Positions 18,476 to 25,549 of a stretch of DNA of 50,961 nt are shown piece by piece; the first letter of the stretch is position 1; each line of letters begins with the position of its first letter. Origin of the DNA: Minisyncoccota bacterium (lineage in GTDB: Bacteria > Patescibacteriota > Minisyncoccia > UBA6257 > JAAZHW01); the NCBI GenBank assembly GCA_028696375.1, contig JAQVHD010000001.1:1-50961 (forward strand). The letters run 5' to 3'. A program made the translations under genes and the position numbers. The notes under the pieces were generated by a model. That model was not told the origin of the DNA, ran no database searches, and saw nothing but the letters and a program-made list of their open reading frames with translations.

Positions 18476-19813
18476 ATGATAACAAATGTTATGAATGCTA
18501 ACAAACCGTATTTATCCACAAATGAAATAGCAAAGATGTTTAATGTTAAGGCTATTACTATCCATCGTTGGGGAAAACGAGGGCTTTTGAAATCTTATCG
18601 TCCTAATCCAAGGGGTAAAAAATTTTTTGATAGAGAAGAGGTTTTAAAATTGATTAAAAACGATTTTTCAATTTCAGATAGAATTACTCTTTTAGAAAAT
18701 TCTCAAAATTTGCAAATTGGGACCAAGGCTAAAAAATTAAAAATCATTAAAGAAAAAACAGGGTTTATAATTCCTAAAACTTTAGTTATTAATACAGATA
18801 TTTTCAGCAAACTAATTGAGGATAATAAAATTTTAGATCCTTTTAATTATAATTGGTCAGAATTTCAAATTTCAAGTGAGTGTCAAAAAATGATTTTTGA
18901 AAAAATTAATCAAGAATTTGGTGATAAACCTTTGGTTATCAGGAGTTCGGCGACCTGTGAAGATTCACCTTTGTTAAGTTTTGCCGGACAATATTCGAGT
19001 TTTCTAAACATAAAAGGTGAAAAAAATATTATCAATGCTATTAAATTATGTTATCAATCGCTGTTTAGTGAAAATGCTAAGATTTACGCAAAAATAAATG
19101 GTATCAGATTGGAATATGAAAGCATGGCTATCGCTATTCAAGAATTAGCTCCAATAAAAACCGCTGGCGTAATATTTACTGCCGACCCCGTAAATCAAGA
19201 CTATAAAAAGATGATTCTAGAATATACTGAGGGTTTGGGCGACTCGGTAGTTAGCGGTCATCAAAAACCGATATCAAAAGTAATTAAAAAAGCCGAAGTT
19301 GGTAATTTGCAAAATGAATTTTTAAAGAAGTTATCAAAAACAGCGTTAGAACTGGAAAAAATATTTGGCAACCCACAAGATATCGAGTGGGGTTGGGATG
19401 GTAAAGAAATTTATATTTTCCAAAGTAGAAATATTACCACATTAGACAAACAGCCGAAAATTACAAATAATGACATTAGTAAAAGTAAAGTTATAGGAGT
19501 TGGTATTAACGCTTGCAGAGGCGTGTCAAATGGTGTTTTAAAGATTGTAAACAAGACCAAAGATTATGATAAAATAAAAAAGGGTGATGTTGTATTTGTA
19601 AATTGCAAAACCGACATCTCTTTGGTTTTAAAAATTCCATTTATTAACGCTTTGATAATTCATGGTGGGATTCTTTCCCATTTTGCCGTAATCGCAAGAG
19701 AATTTAATATTCCCTGTCTCACCGAACCGACGATAAATAATAAAAAGATAGAAATATATGAAAATAAAAAAATTATTGTCGACGCAATAAAAGGGAAAAT
19801 ATTAACTAATTAA
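18476..19813 (+). CDS. Excisionase/MerR-type HTH fused to a minimal PEP-utilising phosphotransferase (PPDK_N ATP-grasp domain plus swivel phosphohistidine domain)
   Basis: 445 aa. The N-terminus LSTNEIAKMFNVKAITIHRWGKRGLL is an excisionase-type HTH. VIRSSATCEDSPLLSFAGQYSSFLNI is the PEP synthase/rifampin-phosphotransferase ATP-grasp signature. The C-terminal GDVVFVNCKTD...HGGILSHFAVIAREFNIPCL is the mobile His domain. No third (substrate) domain is present. Confidence 0.75.
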   Translation: MITNVMNANKPYLSTNEIAKMFNVKAITIHRWGKRGLLKSYRPNPRGKKFFDREEVLKLIKNDFSISDRITLLENSQNLQIGTKAKKLKIIKEKTGFIIPKTLVINTDIFSKLIEDNKILDPFNYNWSEFQISSECQKMIFEKINQEFGDKPLVIRSSATCEDSPLLSFAGQYSSFLNIKGEKNIINAIKLCYQSLFSENAKIYAKINGIRLEYESMAIAIQELAPIKTAGVIFTADPVNQDYKKMILEYTEGLGDSVVSGHQKPISKVIKKAEVGNLQNEFLKKLSKTALELEKIFGNPQDIEWGWDGKEIYIFQSRNITTLDKQPKITNNDISKSKVIGVGINACRGVSNGVLKIVNKTKDYDKIKKGDVVFVNCKTDISLVLKIPFINALIIHGGILSHFAVIAREFNIPCLTEPTINNKKIEIYENKKIIVDAIKGKILTN

Positions 19814-19817
19814 AAAT

Positions 19818-20618
19818 ATGGAACTACAACTTTTTATTTATAAAAATATAGCCCTTCATTTTTATTATTCTAAGGATAGCGTCGAGGGCGAAGTGATAAA
19901 TAACAAAAATATTTTTGTCTATTTCCCCGGATTACCTCAAATGATCGATGAGGATTTTTTTGTTAATAAAGTTGATAAAAACACGGCTTTTTTTAGCGTT
20001 TATTATATGGGAAGCTGGTTAAGTGGTGGTAGTTTCACTTATAAAAATTGTCGAAAAACAGTGGAATTAGCTGTTGAGTTTATAAAAAATAAACAAGGAA
20101 TAAAAACTTTCGATAACAAGCAAATAAAATGGGATTACAATAATTTATATGTAATGGGCTACAGTTTCTCCGGTAATCCTGTTGTATCCGCTAAAATAAC
20201 AAAAAATGATGTAAAAAGTGTCATTTTGTTTGCCCCATTACTTTTTTTGCACAAAAAAGAAGTTTTAGAATCAATGAAAGATAAAAAGGCTATAGATAAT
20301 TTTTATGGTTTTAACTCGTTCTATTTAGAATTTCTTAGACGAGGTTATAAATTTGCGTTTAGGGGAATAGAAAAGAAAAGTTGGGATAAATATTTTTCCG
20401 GAAAAGCATCAAAATCTATTGTTAAGATAAATAAAGATTATCCCGACATTATTATATTTCATGGAAAATCAGATGAAAAAATCAATTATGCAAGCTCATT
20501 ATTTTTTCAAAAAGAAAAGCGTCCTGAGACAAAAATTTTTCTTAAAGACGAGGCTGGGCATAATTTAGAAAAACTTTTTGATATAAATCAGATCAATAAA
20601 CTAATTTCATTATTATGA
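19818..20618 (+). CDS. Alpha/beta-fold hydrolase
   Basis: 266 aa with the nucleophile elbow GYSFSG, a late acid/His region (HGKSDEKI ... AGHNL), and only 4 nt after the previous stop. Confidence 0.7.
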   Translation: MELQLFIYKNIALHFYYSKDSVEGEVINNKNIFVYFPGLPQMIDEDFFVNKVDKNTAFFSVYYMGSWLSGGSFTYKNCRKTVELAVEFIKNKQGIKTFDNKQIKWDYNNLYVMGYSFSGNPVVSAKITKNDVKSVILFAPLLFLHKKEVLESMKDKKAIDNFYGFNSFYLEFLRRGYKFAFRGIEKKSWDKYFSGKASKSIVKINKDYPDIIIFHGKSDEKINYASSLFFQKEKRPETKIFLKDEAGHNLEKLFDINQINKLISLL

Positions 20619-21361
20619 AAAAGCGGATAGTTTTTATAACTGATTGTACCGATGTGGCATATAACGAGCTAAGGGGAGTGATTTTAGATAATATTAAAAA
20701 TGATGAAATAATCATTGAACCGGTTGCTCCGGTTGTTCCGTTTTCAATTATCAACGGGAATTTCGTACTTCGTTTATTGGCCGACGCTTATCCTGAAGGT
20801 ACTGTTTTTTCAGTAATCCTAAATCCATCTAAAGAAAGGCCAGCTCGATTAATCGGAAAAACCAAGAAAAAAGGCATTTATTTTATAGGAGCAAATACTG
20901 GCGTTTTTACTTGGCTTTTTAGAGATTTTGGTATAGAGGAATTATATGAATTAAACGATCCTGGATTTTTCCCATTTGGTGGAAAATATGTTCACGCTCC
21001 AGCAGTAGCGCAGATAGCAATGGGTAGGCAGTTAAAAGAGATGGGACATCCATTTGACGTCGAAAAAGTTGCTAAAATTAATCCTTCTGAAGGCACAATT
21101 ATCCATATTGATAATTTTGGATTGATGAAATTTATTGGTGAATTAACTGGATTAAATGAAGGCGATAAATTAAAAGTTAATGTTAACGGAAAAACATTAA
21201 AGGCGATTTATGCCAAGAGAATGATGAGTCAAGAAACCGGAGAGTGGGTGATTTATCCCGGAAGCTCTTTCGGTTTACCGGAATTTGGCAAAGTGCGAGA
21301 AAATGGGGCAAAAGAGTTAAATGTACAGATTGGCGATATAATTACTTTCAAAAAGATTTAA
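20615..21361 (+). CDS. Divergent DUF62 / SAM hydroxide adenosyltransferase-family protein (fluorinase/chlorinase superfamily)
   Basis: 248 aa with an ATGA start/stop overlap with the hydrolase gene. The N-terminus IVFITDCTDVAYNELRGVI parallels the family TDFG..D.YVG..KGVI. YPEGTVFSVILNPSKERPARLI parallels FP.GT.F..VVDPGVG..R. A C-terminal beta-barrel-like domain follows. The canonical DPGVG is replaced by NPSKE. Confidence 0.55.
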   Translation: MKKRIVFITDCTDVAYNELRGVILDNIKNDEIIIEPVAPVVPFSIINGNFVLRLLADAYPEGTVFSVILNPSKERPARLIGKTKKKGIYFIGANTGVFTWLFRDFGIEELYELNDPGFFPFGGKYVHAPAVAQIAMGRQLKEMGHPFDVEKVAKINPSEGTIIHIDNFGLMKFIGELTGLNEGDKLKVNVNGKTLKAIYAKRMMSQETGEWVIYPGSSFGLPEFGKVRENGAKELNVQIGDIITFKKI

Positions 21362-21380
21362 GCTGTATTTGAAAAAGAAA

Positions 21381-21410
21381 AGCCCCTAAAGATTTTCATC
21401 TAGAGGGGCT
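21381..21410 (-). terminator. Hairpin between convergent operons
   Basis: agcccct...aggggct stem. On the minus strand it is followed by TTTCTTTTTC. It sits 4 nt beyond the stop of the 190-aa gene. Confidence 0.4.
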
Positions 21411-21413
21411 GTG

Positions 21414-21986
21414 TTATGTTGTGTTAACGAAATATACATCGTGGGGAGGCAACAGTTTGCGGGCAGTCAAATAGAAGAACTCTGATCTGATGCCTACAAG
21501 CAGTCCTGTCAATCGGAACTCGCTAAGAGCGATTTCGAGCACATGGATGTGCCAAAGGAATTCGAGGATCTCGTTAAGAGTTAAGTTGTCTGAAATGGTT
21601 TTCTTGCTTTGTGGCAAGAGTTTCCAAAATTCAGATACGGTAACTTTAGTTGCATGGGATAGATACGCCCCCAAAGTAACGTCTTTCACAAAATCCGACA
21701 CAAGTCGGACTTCATGGAAGCCAAGATCCGGCAACAGAGCGATGAATCGATCGGAAATGTTTTGCTGTTCTCTGTATGTTCGCGACAATGCGACCATGGG
21801 CCAAACATCATCAACTAATGCGCAGAGAAAGACATTTTCCGACCCTGCCCTTTTTCGTGCTTCCTCTGCCGCTTTTGGATAGATGGACAAGTAATCTTTT
21901 GGGAGGGTTCTTGCCCAGACGCTGAAGCCGAGTCGCAAGACATTAGGATGTGTGTGCGGCGATTCGCAAATACTATATGCAATCAT
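21414..21986 (-). CDS. Hypothetical 190-aa protein, translationally coupled to the TyrRS-like gene
   Basis: I moved the start to the ATG at 21986. It is preceded by AGGAGGTGG, which overlaps the TAG stop of the upstream gene (10-nt gap). There are no TM helices or signal peptide and no motif I recognise. G+C is high, like its partner. Confidence 0.65.
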   Translation of the reverse strand: MIAYSICESPHTHPNVLRLGFSVWARTLPKDYLSIYPKAAEEARKRAGSENVFLCALVDDVWPMVALSRTYREQQNISDRFIALLPDLGFHEVRLVSDFVKDVTLGAYLSHATKVTVSEFWKLLPQSKKTISDNLTLNEILEFLWHIHVLEIALSEFRLTGLLVGIRSEFFYLTARKLLPPHDVYFVNTT

Positions 21987-21996
21987 CGTCCACCTC

Positions 21997-23247
21997 CTAA
22001 GCCGTAACGAACCGGAAGAAACGACGCTTGCCAACTCGCACAACGCCGCGCACTTGGCCAACGACGATTTCAGGAGAGAGTATAACCTCTCCGTTTTCAT
22101 TCATGGAGCGCACGCCTTGTTGTTCAAACAGTCGGCGGATTTCGCTTTTGCTTTTGAACTGACCGCTTTTCACCAGAGCATCCAAGATTGTGGTGTTCGT
22201 GTCTTCAGTCAATTCAATGCAATCCTCGTGGCAGATGTTCTTATGAGAGAATTTCCTCTCAAAAAATTCGCGTTCTCGCAGACCATCTTCAATGCGTCGC
22301 GTTTCAGTGGCAACAATGAGAGTGGCAAGTTGCTTTTTAGCTTCCATCGGATTCTCTCTGATGAATGCGTCAAGTTCCTTCAACTCTCGCTGCTGAACAT
22401 CGGCGAAGCATCGGAAGTACTGGCCGATCAGCCGATCGGGAATGGACATAATCTTTCCGAATTTGTCCTCGTGAGTCGCGTTGACGGCAATATAATTGCC
22501 GTAACTCTTACTCATTTTCTTTCCGTCGCCACTCGTTCCCTCCAAGATGGGCGTCATCAGAACCACTTCTTCGTCCATACCAGATTGACGCATAATTTTA
22601 CGGCACTGCTGAAAATTCAGCAATTGATCAATGCCGCCGATCTCAACATGAGTTCCGAGATGAACCGAATCTATGCCCATCAAGACTCCATAACAAACTT
22701 CCGCAAGCGACACCGCTTGTCCATTGCGCATTCTTGCTCTGAAATCCTCGCGCTGCATAGCTTCCGACAGATTGATCTGCTGGAAGATAGTGAAGATTTC
22801 TTGCAAGGTCATCGGATTCAACCATTCGGCGTTGTAGTGAATGTGGAGCATACGCAGATCGATGTACTTCCCGATCTGGCTGGTGTATGTTTCCATATTC
22901 TTCACGATTTGTTCCGGACTCAACGGAACTCTGCCAGTATCCCTTGCAGTGGGATCGCCGATCCGAGCGGTGAAATCTCCGATGATGAAGTCGATGTGAT
23001 GACCGGCTTTTGCAAACTGACGCAAAAGCATGATTGGCACCACATGGCCGATGTGAATTTCCGACGCTGTTGGATCAATTCCGAATTTTACCTTCAGCGT
23101 TGGATGTTCAGACATCCTTTGTCGCAACCGATCGATCGTGATGACCTCTTGACATTTCGGCAACAGGAAGCCGACAAGTTCGTCGACTTCCATTCCGACC
23201 CACGATTCCGAATCACGGGTTAGGAATTGCTGATCAAACCTTTTCAT
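21997..23247 (-). CDS. Second, type-2 (Thermus/TyrZ-like) tyrosyl-tRNA synthetase-like protein with altered pocket motif
   Basis: 416 aa with HIGH (HIGHVVP), GGIDQ, KMSKS and a C-terminal S4-like domain (KSKSEIRRLFEQQGVR). The canonical QAYD is replaced by MGID. It has a strong SD (GAAGGAGGT), its own promoter and higher G+C. Confidence 0.85.
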   Translation of the reverse strand: MKRFDQQFLTRDSESWVGMEVDELVGFLLPKCQEVITIDRLRQRMSEHPTLKVKFGIDPTASEIHIGHVVPIMLLRQFAKAGHHIDFIIGDFTARIGDPTARDTGRVPLSPEQIVKNMETYTSQIGKYIDLRMLHIHYNAEWLNPMTLQEIFTIFQQINLSEAMQREDFRARMRNGQAVSLAEVCYGVLMGIDSVHLGTHVEIGGIDQLLNFQQCRKIMRQSGMDEEVVLMTPILEGTSGDGKKMSKSYGNYIAVNATHEDKFGKIMSIPDRLIGQYFRCFADVQQRELKELDAFIRENPMEAKKQLATLIVATETRRIEDGLREREFFERKFSHKNICHEDCIELTEDTNTTILDALVKSGQFKSKSEIRRLFEQQGVRSMNENGEVILSPEIVVGQVRGVVRVGKRRFFRFVTA

Positions 23248-23282
23248 GACTTACCTCCTTCTGTTGTTAAGGTGCTGTTTCT

Positions 23283-23340
23283 AATAGGAAACCACTTCCT
23301 ATTAATATGCCAGCTTACATCTTTTTATTTATTTTGTCAA
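23283..23340 (-). promoter_or_regulatory. Promoter and 5'-UTR hairpin of the TyrRS-like cassette
   Basis: On the minus strand: TTGACA (23335-23340), 17 nt spacer, TAAGCT (23312-23317). Then the hairpin aataggaa-gtggt-ttcctatt (23283-23303), upstream of the SD. Confidence 0.4.
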
Positions 23341-23475
23341 TTGCCAATTGGTATGAGTGTTGCACATAACTTGGATACATTTACTTCTAGCCCCAAATAT
23401 GCAGTTGCAGTAATAGGTATAACAAGAAAGCTTCCCAAAGTAGGAGTTTTTCGTATCGATCATTCACATAAGAGG

Positions 23476-24382
23476 GTGGGTGAACGTCCCCTTGAATTAA
23501 ACAATATATCACTCAGTAAAGAAGAATCGAAAAGATATGAACGCCAAATAATTCTTTTTGGTAGTAAAGGGCAGTTAAATCTTAAAGATTTCGAGGTAGC
23601 GATAATTGGAGTAGGTGGTTTGTGGTGTCCTGTGGTACTGTGTTTAGTTGCGGCAGGGGTTGGGAAGATAAAAATGATAGATTCTGGCAGGGTTGCAATA
23701 TCTGATTTAAATCAACAAATTTTATATCAAACAGCCGATATTGGTCAAAATAAAGTAAAGGTATGTAAAAAAATTAATGGAATTAAATTCTAATATTATT
23801 GTTGATGCCATTTAAAAACACTTAACCGAGAAAAACATCAGCATGTTGAATAACGCTGATTTAATTATTGATTGTACAGATAATGTTCAAACAAAAAATT
23901 CTTTTTTTGTAGTATAGCGATAATTCCTCTTATACGTGGTGCGGTAGCCTACTACACAGCGGGCAACAAATTTCAATTTTGTGGCCTCCAGCACTAGAAT
24001 CGCAGATGTTTATAAGTAAAAAGAAACGAAAGAGCCAATTACTATCCTAGAGGTGGTGTCTGGTGTTATTGGTTCTGTTCAGGCATTTCAAGCTTTAAAA
24101 TTACTTACTGGGGAAAGGAGATTAAATCGAGATTTAATTCTTTTTCAAAATGGAAAATTTGAAGAATATAATTTTCAAAATCCTTCGAAACCTCAGGATT
24201 TTAGTGACGGCACAACAATTATAATAAACAGAAATTTGAAATTGAGCGCCTTATTAAAACAAAGAAAAATCGATCTTTCAGAAGTCCTTGTGATTAAAAA
24301 TAGTAAAATTATTACAGATCAAAGTATAATGCTAAATAAAGGAGCAAAAATAGAAATTATCTCAAAGATTTTGGGAGACTGA
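23476..24382 (+). pseudogene. Decayed ThiF/MoeB-type E1-like adenylyltransferase fused to a ThiS/MoaD-like beta-grasp tail
   Basis: Segment 1 reads SKRYERQIILFG...IIGVGGLWCPVVLCLVAAGVGKIKMIDSGRVAISDLNQQ. Later segments in other frames read ADLIIDCTDNVQTKN, IPLIRGAVAYYTAGNKFQF and GVIGSVQAFQALKLLTGE. They are interrupted by at least two in-frame stops and at least one frameshift. The tail ...GAKIEIISKILGD lacks the terminal GG. Confidence 0.7.
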
Positions 24383-24395
24383 AATGGAGGATAAT

Positions 24396-25013
24396 CTAAA
24401 ACAAAGAATTTTGGGAGTGGAGGATTTGCATTTCTTTTTCTAATTTTTGGAGCTGTTCCTCCATCTGTTCTTGCATTTTCGACCACTCGAAGGGCACTTT
24501 GACTGGCGCATGAAAATGGGAAGGAATAATTAAATAGCCCTGTTTGAGAATTAATTCATAGAGCTCTTTTGTAATTTTGACATCATTAAGACAGTAAGTT
24601 TTCAATTTTTCTATTTCTTGATTTTTATACAATTCAATAGCTTCTAAGCCATTGCCGTTTTTCCCGCTACCAATATTGGCTTGGGCCAATTCGTTTAGTC
24701 CAATACGATGGCCGCGTTTTTGCTCGATTTCTTTTAAAATATCCAAAATGACATGTTTTGAAAAATCGTAATTCAGCAACCTACTAATGAGCGGCAAATC
24801 GAAATTATAGATCGAAAAGCCGATAATTGCCCCCGTTTCTTTTAATAATTTTTCAAATAAAGCAAAATCTTTTTCTTCAAAAGCAAAATATTCATCGCGC
24901 TTGTAAGAATAGGCTCCAATTAGAGAAACTTGAAGCAAGTGGAGATTTTGTTTTCCACCTACATCAGCAAAAGAATTTTTAGTTTCAATATCTAAAACGA
25001 GCTTATCTAGCAT
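24396..25013 (-). CDS. DEDD-family 3'-5' exonuclease (RNase H-like fold)
   Basis: 205 aa with Exo I LVLDIET, Exo II YNFDLPLI and Exo III YCLNDVKITKELY. Confidence 0.7.
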   Translation of the reverse strand: MLDKLVLDIETKNSFADVGGKQNLHLLQVSLIGAYSYKRDEYFAFEEKDFALFEKLLKETGAIIGFSIYNFDLPLISRLLNYDFSKHVILDILKEIEQKRGHRIGLNELAQANIGSGKNGNGLEAIELYKNQEIEKLKTYCLNDVKITKELYELILKQGYLIIPSHFHAPVKVPFEWSKMQEQMEEQLQKLEKEMQILHSQNSLF

Positions 25014-25024
25014 GGTGATAGATA

Positions 25025-25504
25025 TTAGAGGCAGCGGTCAGCGACGTTTGAAGCGGCAAAACTTTCCGGTTTGGTTTTGACCGCGAAACCGCAGCCGCGC
25101 ACTAATCCCGCAACTTCATTAATAAGATTACGTGTTTCGCCATTTTGACCAACATCAACATGAATTTCTAAATCAAAGTTGGCCAATTGATTTTTGACTA
25201 AGAGCTTGAGCAATTCTTGGGCCAATTCCAGTGATAAATAGACTTCTTTATAAATGCGTTCTCGTAACGTTTTAAAATTTTTTTCTGTGATGCGACGCCA
25301 AAAATAACGACCGCCGTTGCCAACTCTTAAAATAATAATTGCAGTAACGAAATCAGAGTGATCGGCGGCATTGAGAGAATCACTACCAATCACTAATTTA
25401 TAAGAAGCCTGAGGTTTTTCCTGAATAAATGAAAAAATTTCTTTGACAACTTTCGGTAACTCTATCTTTTTATTTTCAGCTGTCTTAAAAAACAACTTCT
25501 CCAT
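25025..25504 (-). CDS. YkuK/DUF458-family RNase H-like protein
   Basis: YKLVIGSDS...FVTAIIILRVGNGGRYFWRR matches my memory of the DUF458 core. Start set at the MEKLFF ATG. Confidence 0.6.
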   Translation of the reverse strand: MEKLFFKTAENKKIELPKVVKEIFSFIQEKPQASYKLVIGSDSLNAADHSDFVTAIIILRVGNGGRYFWRRITEKNFKTLRERIYKEVYLSLELAQELLKLLVKNQLANFDLEIHVDVGQNGETRNLINEVAGLVRGCGFAVKTKPESFAASNVADRCL

Positions 25505-25549
25505 AATTTTTGATATTAATGGAGAAAAAAAATATGTCAATTTAAAATT

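Noticed and set aside
21987-22100. N-terminal 38 codons of the 228-aa minus-strand ORF, overlapping the end of the TyrRS-like gene by about 100 nt.
   Set aside because: An internal ATG at 21986 is preceded at ideal spacing by AGGAGGTGG and starts 10 nt after the upstream stop. The long overlap is therefore unnecessary.
21952-23223. 423-aa ORF on the plus strand, the longest ORF in this region.
   Set aside because: It is exactly antisense to the minus-strand ORF that carries HIGH, GGIDQ, KMSKS and an S4 domain. It has no recognisable motif, SD or promoter. Long antisense ORFs are expected in higher-G+C coding DNA. The same reasoning applies to 21490-21882 (+).
23248-23480. Possible T-box riboswitch leader upstream of the TyrRS-like gene. 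GGGTGG-containing sequence occurs at about 23472.
   Set aside because: The AGGGTGG-like string is on the wrong (plus) strand relative to the gene. On the minus strand I find only a short hairpin, with no specifier-loop or T-box/antiterminator arrangement. The leader after the predicted promoter is only about 60 nt.
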